DNA of 64,000 nucleotides from NCBI GenBank assembly GCA_934277645.1, contig CAKQUX010000006.1, forward strand, positions 11,576-75,575, written 5' to 3'. Under the pieces are notes generated by a model. That model was not told the DNA's origin and searched no databases. It was given only the letters and a program-made list of their open reading frames with translations. Positions 8,088 through 17,441 of the stretch are shown piece by piece. A program made the translations under genes and the position numbers. How positions within the stretch are numbered: position 1 is the first letter of the stretch; each line of letters starts with the position of its first letter. The stretch comes from an uncultured Clostridia bacterium (lineage in GTDB: Bacteria > Bacillota > Clostridia > Christensenellales > CAG-917).

Positions 8088-10085
8088 ATGAAAAAATCAT
8101 TTAAAGCATTAAGTCTGGTCTTATGTATGTTGCTTTGTTTGTGCGCAATAGTTATACTTGCTGCATGCGATAATGGTGACGGCGATGCAAAAGACGCAGA
8201 TGATAAGTATAACGACGAATATGCAAAGTACAATTGGGTCTGCGCGACGGACAATACGGTTCGCGAAGAAAAATTCGACGATGCAGGCGAGCATTATTTA
8301 ACAGGAGTGCTATATTGGGACACAAGATATAAGCAACAGGTTATGCCTGCGCAGTATATTTCAAAAGCAACGCTTTCCGATAAAGACAAAAGTGAATACG
8401 GCGACAGAAATATCAGAGAATTTTTTGAATGGTATTATGAAAACGAAAACGATGATGCGGGCGGCTATGTTTATATGTTTGAAAATAGATATGGTTGGAG
8501 CTGGCCATATGAGTTTTCCAAAAACATAAAGGGGCTCTATGCGCATAGCTCGCACGGTTATGAAAAAATAGCCGGTTCAATCAACAAAAACGATAAATTC
8601 GAAGTAAGAGATTTGGTAGAGTGGTATCGCATTTTTGTAATGACCGATTTTGACGATAACAAACCTTTGCGTTTATGGTCTACTTATTGCGGAGAAAATT
8701 TTGGAATTGCGGAAGATAACAAGGCGGTGCATCTCGAAGCAAAACAAACAAAACTTGTTACGATTGACGTTCCTGAAGATATCTACGGGAGTATCGTTTC
8801 GACAGCACCTGTTACAGTAACAAGGAAAGACGGACGGACGTTAAACTTCGCAAATTCCGGGAAATTGAGTTTTGGTTTCAATTTATATGAAAAAGGGAAA
8901 CATGTTTTTAAGGTTTACAATGAAGCCGAAACCGCAATAGATTTTTCACTTGAAATTCAGGTGCCGAAATCGATTAGCCTCGGAGACGTTGTAGGCGAAG
9001 TGTCTCACGAATGGTACAGTTTTACTATTCCGCCGAAGACTAAATTGGCTAATGACGGTTTGAACAATTCATACGTTATAAGTTATATTATGGACGGCAA
9101 ATTCGTAAATAACAGCGAATGCGTATTTGAAAATGATAGCGAGCAAAGTAAAGATATGTTTATTTGCATATCTTGCAAAAATACGTTTAGTTTGGTTGAG
9201 TTTCCGATACAATTAGGATATAAGATAAACGGCGTTTGGGGGTTGCAAGAAAAAATTTTTGTCGGCGAAAAGAATACGATAGGTTTTTATTGCGACAACG
9301 AACTTATAAACGATTGCTACACAAAAATTCGCTTGGATTTTTTTGAAGAAGAACAGGCGGCAAATTACGATAAATTTTTTGATGTGTCCGGCGATATTAT
9401 AAAAACGGAGATTACAAGAACTATTGTGGCCATTGACGTGAAAGGCGAGTTTACTTTGACGGCAAAAAGCAGTGGCGATTTTTCGCGCATTCCGGATGTA
9501 ACGTTGTTTCCTTATGAAAATAATGGAAGCACTTCAATTAACGGTTTGGATTTGGCAAAAAAGCTGTTTGCGGATAAAGGGGTTTCGACCGAAATTGAAT
9601 CCGGCTCTTCACTCGAATACAAGTTAGAGGGTGCCTGCCGATGGTCAATTATTCATTTAGATATCGATGTAAGCGTTTACGAAAAGTTTAAATTTGAAGG
9701 CTTTTCGGATGATGTCGGCATTGGTTATTCTTTTAGCATTTCTGAAGAAGAATATGCAAAGTTGCTCTCAGACAAATCAAGTTTTGAAAGTGACGTTGCA
9801 GATGGATATGCAATATCGAACAACGGCGTGTATATTGCTGACGAATTGTCATACAAAATTGAAAAAACCGTTTCGGACGGAAAAGTTACTATCGTAAAAT
9901 ATTTGCTTAAGTATAACGGGAAACATAGAGCCGCATTCGACGGAATTACTTCATTCGAGCTAAAAACGTCTGCATATTGTGACCCTGATAATTTCCTGCT
10001 ACAAAGCAGAATTGATTATTCCGTGACTCTCGATTTGTCAAACGATGCAAATTGGCAAGCATTCGTATCGAGAAACATACAATAA
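8088..10085 (+). CDS. lipoprotein of unknown function (paralog A)
   Basis: 665 aa, GGGAGG RBS, lipobox ...VILAAC-DNG. Shares blocks with the next gene (KYNWVCA, HLEAKQTKLVTIDV, YEKGKHVFKVYN..IDFSLEIQVP, WYSFTIP) and an identical C-terminal YSVTLDLSNDANWQAFVSRNIQ. Confidence 0.85.
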   Translation: MKKSFKALSLVLCMLLCLCAIVILAACDNGDGDAKDADDKYNDEYAKYNWVCATDNTVREEKFDDAGEHYLTGVLYWDTRYKQQVMPAQYISKATLSDKDKSEYGDRNIREFFEWYYENENDDAGGYVYMFENRYGWSWPYEFSKNIKGLYAHSSHGYEKIAGSINKNDKFEVRDLVEWYRIFVMTDFDDNKPLRLWSTYCGENFGIAEDNKAVHLEAKQTKLVTIDVPEDIYGSIVSTAPVTVTRKDGRTLNFANSGKLSFGFNLYEKGKHVFKVYNEAETAIDFSLEIQVPKSISLGDVVGEVSHEWYSFTIPPKTKLANDGLNNSYVISYIMDGKFVNNSECVFENDSEQSKDMFICISCKNTFSLVEFPIQLGYKINGVWGLQEKIFVGEKNTIGFYCDNELINDCYTKIRLDFFEEEQAANYDKFFDVSGDIIKTEITRTIVAIDVKGEFTLTAKSSGDFSRIPDVTLFPYENNGSTSINGLDLAKKLFADKGVSTEIESGSSLEYKLEGACRWSIIHLDIDVSVYEKFKFEGFSDDVGIGYSFSISEEEYAKLLSDKSSFESDVADGYAISNNGVYIADELSYKIEKTVSDGKVTIVKYLLKYNGKHRAAFDGITSFELKTSAYCDPDNFLLQSRIDYSVTLDLSNDANWQAFVSRNIQ

Positions 10086-10177
10086 CGATATTATCGCACT
10101 TATAGGTAAATACAAGAAAAGAGCACAAAGAAATCACGACTTCGGTCGTGATTTTTTTCGTCCAAGGTATTAGCGGT
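10026..10177 (+). repeat. copy 1 of a ~150-nt direct repeat covering the gene 3' end, terminator and flank
   Basis: By eye, about 100 nt from TTATTCCGT(G/A)ACTCTCGATTTGTC... to ...CGCACTTATAGGTA match 12391-12490 with a single mismatch. The match loosens through the terminator to CGTCCAAGG..GCGGT. Confidence 0.9.
10133..10158 (+). terminator. intrinsic terminator
   Basis: ATCACGAC 10133-10140, loop TTCG, GTCGTGAT 10145-10152, T-run to 10158. Same stem family as the terminators at 4092 and 12506. Confidence 0.85.
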
Positions 10178-10348
10178 CACAAGTGTAATTTAAAAATTTT
10201 ATTTTAAAAATACTTTATTTAATTTGATTCCAATTTGTTTTGTAGATTATAAAAACGGTCTAAATGTTTGTAGCAATATCTTTGTGATATTAAAGTTTTG
10301 CAGATGCGTTGTGAAAGGTATTTACAAAGGCGTTGCAAAGTTTCCGTA

Positions 10349-10377
10349 TTGCATTTTATGCAAAAAAATGTTATACT
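10349..10377 (+). promoter_or_regulatory. sigma-A promoter of lipoprotein gene 10430
   Basis: TTGCAT 10349-10354, 17-nt spacer, TATACT 10372-10377, TG at 10369-10370. The small palindrome TGCAT-TTT-ATGCA overlaps the -35. Confidence 0.65.
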
Positions 10378-10429
10378 TATATAAAATTTGGAATAACCGA
10401 ATTTTAAAAGAATGGCGGAGGAAATGAAT

Positions 10430-12460
10430 ATGAAGAAAACGGGGAAATTGGCGGCATTTGTTTTATGTTGCTTGTTAATCATAAGTGCGGTTGTTATGCT
10501 CACAGCATGCGGAAAAAATGACACTGAAATTGACAATTCAAAATATAATTGGGTCTGCTCGGAAGTGAAGAACGGTGAGACGATAATCTATGATAGAGGG
10601 ACACGTATTAGCAATATTTCGTATGCGAGAGATTTTGAAATGTCGGCGGTTGCGCAGTTTATAGACAAAAAAACGTTGAATGCAAATGACGGCTATGGGG
10701 ATAAGGCAACAAGAAGTTATTTTAAATATGTATATTCCAATGGTTTGGACGTTCAAGGATACGTATACGTGTTTCCGAATATATCGTTGCGATACGACAA
10801 GCCTGACGAAATCGTGTCTTGCAGTTTTTCAAAAAAATTAAAAGCGGCGTATTTTACTTGCCAAACAGACTTTAATTTTGACGATTTTAATAAACTTGAT
10901 ATTGCATCCGACGGAAAAAGTTTGAATTTTAGCGAATCGGGAATCAATAATTTTACACTTTTCGCAATTTGTGATTTTTCCGACAACAAACCGCTTGTAG
11001 CAAAGTTTAATCAATTACCTTGGGAAAAAGCGAACGGCAATGAAAGTATTCATTTGGAAGCACAGCAAACCAAAATTGTAACCTTAAACGTTGCTGCAAG
11101 TATTCACGCGTATTTCGGCGCAAGCAAACCTGTAACCGTTACGCATTTATACGGTGATGAATCGACACATGCGGCTGAAACTGTTTTTTATAAGTACAAG
11201 TTTAGTGTTGACCCGACAAAACCTTTCGCAACGGGTTTTGATTATTACGAAAAAGGTGAAAATACATTTTTAATTACAAACAATTCAAATGAAGCGATAA
11301 ACTTTGACATAACTTTGCAATCTCCGCCTGAAATTAGAATCGGCGAAACAGTCGATATTGAAGAAGGGACTCCAAACGTTTGGTATAGATTTACCATTCC
11401 GAGCGGAAAGACTTATTATAATAATTCGTCTAACACCGTAATCAATAAGTATATAGACAGCGGACGTTATTGTATGGGCGGTCAGAGAGTTATGCTGACA
11501 AACGAAACTGAAAGCGATAAGCAAATTTTGATAAACGTATCGTTCAACAAAAACATTTTTGATTTGTGCGAAGTTCCTGTTGCTGTCGGGTACAAAGGCA
11601 ACGGCGAATGGTTAGGTTGGGATTTTGAACTTAAAGTCGGCGTGCTGACAGATATCGGTTTCTACGTCGGTAAAAACGAAGTCTTGGATACTTTTACAAG
11701 TATCGTCATAAAAGACGGGGTTAATAAGAATAATTATGTGAACATTGTCGGAGATATAGTGTCTAACACTACCAAAGGCGATGATGTCGTAGTACACGTT
11801 CGCGGTGCGTTTACGATGCAGACGACAGATAATGTCGGTTCGGATTCGGTTGATATAAGAGTTAGCGCCATAGAATCAGACGGTACGGTGTTGGGACGCG
11901 TGTCGGGTGTAAAAACATTGCTAACGAAATACGGATATGGCGACGGAATAGATGAAGGGTCGGAATTTCCTTATGGAGACTATTTGTATACGTCGGGCGA
12001 AATTTATGAAGACAGCAGCGTTTATGACAATTTGAAGTTTAACGCCATTTATGACGAAATAGGAATCGGCGTGGAGTGCAAACTAACTGTCGAAGAATAT
12101 AAAAAGTTGTATACCGATTTTGCCAAAAGCGAATTGGAAGATAACGTTTTTGAGGCGCTTGCTTTTGCCGATACAGGATTTGTTATCGAAAACGACAGAG
12201 ACTATCCGGAGGACAAAGTCGTATTGAGCGAATCGAACGGAACGGTTTCGTTGAAAAAGTATTTCGTCAGGTATAACCGTGGCAAGCAAAATGCATTATA
12301 TGGCATTAGCAGTTTTAAAATTGTTTGTATAGTAACTCTTTATAGTGCCGAAACGAGCGTTGGCTTTTGCCACAAAAACACAGTTCGTTATTATTCCGTA
12401 ACTCTCGATTTGTCAAACGATGCAAATTGGCAAGCATTCGTATCGAGAAACATACAATAA
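10430..12460 (+). CDS. lipoprotein of unknown function (paralog B)
   Basis: Start moved to ATG 10430 (GGAGGA RBS at 10416-10421): MKKTGKLAAFVLCCLLIISAVVMLTAC-GKND. Collinear with 8088-10085 but strongly diverged, except for the identical last 22 aa. Confidence 0.85.
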   Translation: MKKTGKLAAFVLCCLLIISAVVMLTACGKNDTEIDNSKYNWVCSEVKNGETIIYDRGTRISNISYARDFEMSAVAQFIDKKTLNANDGYGDKATRSYFKYVYSNGLDVQGYVYVFPNISLRYDKPDEIVSCSFSKKLKAAYFTCQTDFNFDDFNKLDIASDGKSLNFSESGINNFTLFAICDFSDNKPLVAKFNQLPWEKANGNESIHLEAQQTKIVTLNVAASIHAYFGASKPVTVTHLYGDESTHAAETVFYKYKFSVDPTKPFATGFDYYEKGENTFLITNNSNEAINFDITLQSPPEIRIGETVDIEEGTPNVWYRFTIPSGKTYYNNSSNTVINKYIDSGRYCMGGQRVMLTNETESDKQILINVSFNKNIFDLCEVPVAVGYKGNGEWLGWDFELKVGVLTDIGFYVGKNEVLDTFTSIVIKDGVNKNNYVNIVGDIVSNTTKGDDVVVHVRGAFTMQTTDNVGSDSVDIRVSAIESDGTVLGRVSGVKTLLTKYGYGDGIDEGSEFPYGDYLYTSGEIYEDSSVYDNLKFNAIYDEIGIGVECKLTVEEYKKLYTDFAKSELEDNVFEALAFADTGFVIENDRDYPEDKVVLSESNGTVSLKKYFVRYNRGKQNALYGISSFKIVCIVTLYSAETSVGFCHKNTVRYYSVTLDLSNDANWQAFVSRNIQ

Positions 12461-12549
12461 CGATATTATCGCACTTATAGGTAGATACAAATAAGAACAC
12501 AAAAAATCACGGCTTAGTCGTGATTTTTTTCGTCCAAGGGGTTGGCGGT
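12391..12549 (+). repeat. copy 2 of the ~150-nt 3'-end direct repeat
   Basis: See 10026-10177. Confidence 0.9.
12506..12530 (+). terminator. intrinsic terminator
   Basis: ATCACGGC / GTCGTGAT stem with loop TTA, then T-run 12524-12530. Confidence 0.8.
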
Positions 12550-12917
12550 GTTTTTAACAAAATCGCAGTAATGCCGAAGCGGAAACTTAAAAAAAGCGAG
12601 CGAAAAATGCAAAAGCTAAACGAACGTCGTTGATAGGAATTATTAAACAGATTTACATATAACAAGCTGAAACGAAATGCGGAAACTCAGAAGCGAATAA
12701 CGGCGAGAACAAAAAAGATAAAGCGAACAAAGCAAAGAGCAAGCTAAAAAACAACGATAAGCAAAACTGCATAACGGACAAATCGAAAACAAAACTTTAA
12801 AACCCAAAAATAAATGGCGATGAAAAAGGTAGAGCCGAAATGCGTATTATTGTAAAATGATTAGCTAATATTTAATTTGTTGTAAAAAAATTATTAGTGT
12901 GCTAAAATCATTGAGAT

Positions 12918-14714
12918 ATGAGAAAAGTTAAAAAAGTTTATTCTTTATTTAAAAGATATACGGGGTCGGCGATTTTGTCACCGCTTTGCAAGCTCATAGA
13001 AGCATTGCTCGAACTTTTAATTCCTTTGATAGTCGCAAAGATTATCGACGTGGGAATTCCGAGCGGCGATACGGGTTATATCGTAAAAATGATTCTCCTT
13101 ATGGCAGGGCTTGGCGTACTCGGGCTTGCGTTTTCGCTTACGGGGCAGTTGTTCTCCGCTAAGGCGGCGACGGGATATGCCTCGTCATTGCGTTTCGAGC
13201 TTTACAAAAAGACTATAAATTTGCCGTTTTTTGAAACAGACAAGCAAGGAATTCCTACTTTAATCACAAGGCTTACAAGCGATTGCAATCAAGTTCAAAC
13301 AGGCGTCAATATGGTGTTGCGACTTTTACTTCGTTCGCCTTTTGTCGTTTTTGGCGCATTTGCTATGGCGGCAGTTATAAACCTTAAACTTTCGCTTATA
13401 GTTTTGGCGGCTATTGCGGTTTTGTTTGTCATAGTCCTTGCAATTTCACTTTCGTCACTTCCTAAGTACCATAAAAATCAGGTTTTGCTTGACGGTGTTT
13501 CGGAATCTACTCGTGAAAATTTGTCGGGCGTAAGAGTAATAAGGGCATTTTGCGCGGAAGACCGATTTGAGTCCGAATTTAAAGAAAAGACCGAAAAACT
13601 TTATAAGGGTCAACTTGTCGTAGCGAGAATATCGTCGCTGCTCAATCCGTTCACTTATTTTATTGTCAACCTTGCAATAGTTTTAATTTTGTATTTCGGC
13701 GGACTTAAAGTAAACAGCGGAAGTTTGTCGCAGGGCGAAGTTATCGCGCTTTATCAATACGTTTTGCAAATTTTGGTCGAACTTATTAAACTTGCAAATC
13801 TTATCATTCTGATGCCTAAAAGCGTTGCTTGTTTAAAACGCTTGTCCGAAATTTTGGAAAACGAATCGCATTATGAAATCGCTGGCAATTCAAGCGGCTC
13901 GGAAGGTTTGACGGCAGAAACGAAAGACGGCGGCGCTCAAACGGATTTAACAGATAAAAACGAAAACGTTCCAGCTGTTAAATTCGACCACGTTTCTATG
14001 AAATATTACAGCGGCGGCGAAAATGCGATAAACGATTTCAGTTTGTCGGTCGGACGCGGCGAGACTATCGGAATTATCGGCGGCACGGGTAGCGGAAAAA
14101 GCACTCTCGTTTCGCTTATGCCACGCTTTTACGACGTCACGGAAGGGACTCTTGAAATTGACGGCAAAAACGTAAACAGCTATCAAATCGACGAGCTTCG
14201 CGGCAAGTTCGGATACGTTTTGCAAAAGTCGGAATTGTTTGCAGGCACGGTCAGAGAAAATATGCAATACGGCAAAGCCGACGCCACCGACGAAGAAATT
14301 TACGAGGCGCTGAAAGACTCGCAAGCAAAAGAAGTCATCGATAAAAAAGATGGCGGTCTTGACTATATGGTCGAACAAAAGGGTGCAAACTTTTCGGGCG
14401 GTCAAAAACAAAGGCTTGCAATAGCAAGAGCGCTTGTCAGAAAACCCGAAATTTTGGTGCTTGACGACAGTTCGTCCGCGCTTGATTACGCAACGGAAGC
14501 AAAACTGAGAAAAGCGCTCAGAAAACTGCCATATAAGCCTACGACGTTCGTCATTTCGCAACGAATAGGAATGGTGCGTCACGCCGACAAAATCATCGTG
14601 CTCGATAACGGCAAAGCGGTAGGCGTCGGCACGCACGAAGAACTTTTAAAGACGTGTCTGCTATACGGCGAAATTTGCAAATTGCAAGGCGTGGGAGGTG
14701 CGAAAAATGCGTAA
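12918..14714 (+). CDS. ABC exporter, fused permease/ATPase subunit 1 (heterodimeric type I exporter)
   Basis: 598 aa. N-terminal 6-TM domain; Walker A GGTGSGKST, signature FSGGQKQRLAIARA, Walker B ILVLDD. Confidence 0.92.
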   Translation: MRKVKKVYSLFKRYTGSAILSPLCKLIEALLELLIPLIVAKIIDVGIPSGDTGYIVKMILLMAGLGVLGLAFSLTGQLFSAKAATGYASSLRFELYKKTINLPFFETDKQGIPTLITRLTSDCNQVQTGVNMVLRLLLRSPFVVFGAFAMAAVINLKLSLIVLAAIAVLFVIVLAISLSSLPKYHKNQVLLDGVSESTRENLSGVRVIRAFCAEDRFESEFKEKTEKLYKGQLVVARISSLLNPFTYFIVNLAIVLILYFGGLKVNSGSLSQGEVIALYQYVLQILVELIKLANLIILMPKSVACLKRLSEILENESHYEIAGNSSGSEGLTAETKDGGAQTDLTDKNENVPAVKFDHVSMKYYSGGENAINDFSLSVGRGETIGIIGGTGSGKSTLVSLMPRFYDVTEGTLEIDGKNVNSYQIDELRGKFGYVLQKSELFAGTVRENMQYGKADATDEEIYEALKDSQAKEVIDKKDGGLDYMVEQKGANFSGGQKQRLAIARALVRKPEILVLDDSSSALDYATEAKLRKALRKLPYKPTTFVISQRIGMVRHADKIIVLDNGKAVGVGTHEELLKTCLLYGEICKLQGVGGAKNA

Positions 14715-16458
14715 AATCTCACTTAAAAATTTAAAGCCGTATTTAAAAGGCGACGGATTGATTTTTTCCGTTATGATTTTTGCATCGATTTGCGCAGCGG
14801 CACTGTCACTTGTAATTCCCGTATTTTTCGGTTATGCGGTTGACAGCCTTATAGGCAAAGGGAAAGTCGATTTTGACGCTCTTATACAAAATCTTATATA
14901 TGCAATCGCTTTAACGGGAGGAATGTGCTTTTCCGAATGGCTCAAACAAATTTTAAGCGCAAAAATAGTCAGCCGACTTAGCAAAAAACTTCGTGACGAA
15001 GCTGTAACCAAACTTCAAACTCTGCCGCTAAACTATCTTGATACTCACCAAACGGGCGAGACTATGGGCATTATTGTCGGCGACGTCGAACAGGTGTCCG
15101 ACGGTCTTCTTATGGGACTTAATCAGCTCATTTCGGGAGTTTTGACGGTTATCGGCGTGCTTATAATCTTGTTTATCGTAAACTGGATTTTGGCGCTGGT
15201 CGTTCTTTGCCTTACGCCGATTTCGCTTCTTATAGCAAGATTTATCTCGAAGCACACTTATACCTATTTTAAGTCGCAATCGAAAGTCAGAAACGAGCAG
15301 GCAGGTTTGCTCGACGAAATGATAGGCGCAGTCAAAACCGTACAGGCATACGGCTATGAAGAGCGTTCGATAGAGAGATTTAAAAAGATTAACAAGGAAT
15401 ATGAAAAAACGTCATTTAAAGCGACTTTTTTCTCGTCGCTGACAAACCCTACGACAAGATTTGTCAACGCATTGGTTTATGCGGCTGTCGCTTTGGTTTC
15501 TGCTTTCGTTTGTATGGGAATGATAAACGGCGTAACTCTTTCAATCGGTATGTTCTCGGCGGTTTTAAGCTACGTAAATCAGTATACGAAGCCGTTCAAC
15601 GAAATTACGGCGGTTATCACCGAACTGCAAAATTCGGTTGCCTGCCTTGAAAGAGTGACGAATTTGCTTGACGAAAAGTCCGAAAAACCTGACGACGTCG
15701 ACGCTGTAACGCTTGGCGAAGCAAAAGGTCAAATCGAAATAGATCACGTCTATTTTTCGTACGTTCCGTCGCGTCCGCTCATCGAAGATTTCAATTTGAA
15801 GGTCGAAAACGGAAAACGCATTGCTATCGTAGGACCTACAGGTTGCGGAAAAACGACCTTGATAAACTTGCTTATGCGTTTTTACGACGTGTGTGACGGC
15901 AAAATTATGGTTGACGGAATTCCGACGGACAAACTTACAAGAGAATCTTTAAGAGAGAACTTCGGAATGGTGTTGCAAGAAAGCTATATAATGGAAGGAA
16001 CGGTTTATGAGAACGTCAAACTCGGCAAACCCGACGCGACGCTCGAAGAGGTAAAGCAGGCGTGTATACTTTGCGGCGCAGACGGCTTTATAAGCCGAAT
16101 GGAAAACGGTTACGACACGCTTTTGAAAGAGTCGGGCAACCTGTCGCAAGGCGAAAGACAGCTGCTTTGTATAGCAAGAGTTATGTTGACGAAACCGCCT
16201 ATGTTAATTTTAGACGAAGCTACGTCGTCGGTAGACGCTTTGACCGAAGCGAAAATTTCGAGTGCGTTTGAAAAACTTATGGAGGGCAAAACGAGCTTTA
16301 TCGTAGCTCATAGGTTGTCGACTATTCAGAGTGCAGACACGATTTTGGTTATGAAAGACGGCAACGTTATCGAACAGGGAAGCCACGTCGAATTGCTTAA
16401 AAAGGGCGGATACTACAACGAACTTTATAACAGCCAGTTCGATACGTCGCTTGCGTAA
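14707..16458 (+). CDS. ABC exporter, fused permease/ATPase subunit 2
   Basis: Start moved to ATG 14707 (GGGAGG 14693-14698), overlapping the upstream stop by 8 nt. Walker A GPTGCGKTT, signature LSQGERQLLCIARV, Walker B ILILDEATS. Confidence 0.92.
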   Translation: MRKISLKNLKPYLKGDGLIFSVMIFASICAAALSLVIPVFFGYAVDSLIGKGKVDFDALIQNLIYAIALTGGMCFSEWLKQILSAKIVSRLSKKLRDEAVTKLQTLPLNYLDTHQTGETMGIIVGDVEQVSDGLLMGLNQLISGVLTVIGVLIILFIVNWILALVVLCLTPISLLIARFISKHTYTYFKSQSKVRNEQAGLLDEMIGAVKTVQAYGYEERSIERFKKINKEYEKTSFKATFFSSLTNPTTRFVNALVYAAVALVSAFVCMGMINGVTLSIGMFSAVLSYVNQYTKPFNEITAVITELQNSVACLERVTNLLDEKSEKPDDVDAVTLGEAKGQIEIDHVYFSYVPSRPLIEDFNLKVENGKRIAIVGPTGCGKTTLINLLMRFYDVCDGKIMVDGIPTDKLTRESLRENFGMVLQESYIMEGTVYENVKLGKPDATLEEVKQACILCGADGFISRMENGYDTLLKESGNLSQGERQLLCIARVMLTKPPMLILDEATSSVDALTEAKISSAFEKLMEGKTSFIVAHRLSTIQSADTILVMKDGNVIEQGSHVELLKKGGYYNELYNSQFDTSLA

Positions 16459-16684
16459 TTTTTTGTGTAAAAGTTAATTACTTTGCTAAAACGATTATTG
16501 TGGCGGCTTGTAATTTGCAAAAATCGAATAATTCTTTATGATAACGGTTAAAATTTTTTAGCCGTTATTTTTATGGAAAAATTAGTAAACGAAATTGCTA
16601 TATTGTGTGTAAAATCGATTTTTGATATTTACACCTTAAAACGATTTTGCTAAAATGTGCGTGTTGTAGGAGGCAGATGCAGAT

Positions 16685-17305
16685 ATGGATAGCTTTAAAA
16701 GTTTTATGAAGAGAATCAAATGGGAAGCGCTACTTGCGGCGATTTTTGCAATCGTCATCGGTGCTTTGTTTATCGCATATCCCGAAAATTCGGGCAACGT
16801 GCTTTGTTACGTCGGTGGCGGATTGTTTATCGCTCTCGGCATGGCAATGCTCGTCGCATATTTTACGGCAGGCTTGCTTTTCGGCTCATACTTCTTTATT
16901 ATCAGTATGATTTTGTTTTTGGTCGGCATCGTTTGCGTTGCTTGTCCGGAAATCGTCAAAGGCTTTATAACGGTCATATTCGGCATATTCTTGGTGGCGG
17001 ACGGCGTAACGAAGCTGCAACTCGGAATTGACGGCGTGAAAGTCGGGATAAAAGGTTCGTGGTCGTTGTTTATAGTTGCCGCCGCATCTATTGCGCTCGG
17101 CATTACGGTGACTTTCGGAACGTTTGAAGACGTAATGTTGTTTGCAGGCATTTCGCTCATAATCGACGGCATAAGCGATATTATAACAACGCTTGTGTTC
17201 AGCGCGAAATATCAAAACGCCACAAGAAACGTAAAGAGAGTTTTGAAAAACGTCAAGAGCGATGCCGATGACGTTATCGAAGGCACTGTCGATAAAGACG
17301 AATAA
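16685..17305 (+). CDS. polytopic membrane protein, HdeD/DUF308-like
   Basis: 206 aa, AGGAGG RBS, about six hydrophobic helices with Gly-rich repeats (GALFIAYP, GGGLFIALG). The family assignment is by resemblance only. Confidence 0.6.
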   Translation: MDSFKSFMKRIKWEALLAAIFAIVIGALFIAYPENSGNVLCYVGGGLFIALGMAMLVAYFTAGLLFGSYFFIISMILFLVGIVCVACPEIVKGFITVIFGIFLVADGVTKLQLGIDGVKVGIKGSWSLFIVAAASIALGITVTFGTFEDVMLFAGISLIIDGISDIITTLVFSAKYQNATRNVKRVLKNVKSDADDVIEGTVDKDE

Positions 17306-17441
17306 TTAACGATTGCCGGACTAAATCGCTGCATTGAAAGTCAGCGGTTTTAATCAACTATTTGAATTTTAGTATTGAAAAAATGCCGATAATTTGCTAT
17401 AATTATTTTATTATGATTAGCAAACGCTATATGGAGGAATT

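Noticed and set aside
10219-10536. ORFs of 105 aa (minus) and 67 aa (plus) in the spacer before paralog B
   Set aside because: They overlap the promoter and signal-peptide region of gene 10430, are AT-rich and have no RBS.
9946-12500. Two similar small minus-strand ORFs (63 and 61 aa) at the 3' ends of the paralogs
   Set aside because: Their similarity simply mirrors the ~150-nt direct repeat. They run antisense through terminators and gene ends.
13947-14636. 229-aa minus-strand ORF
   Set aside because: It is antisense to the nucleotide-binding domain of the first ABC exporter gene.
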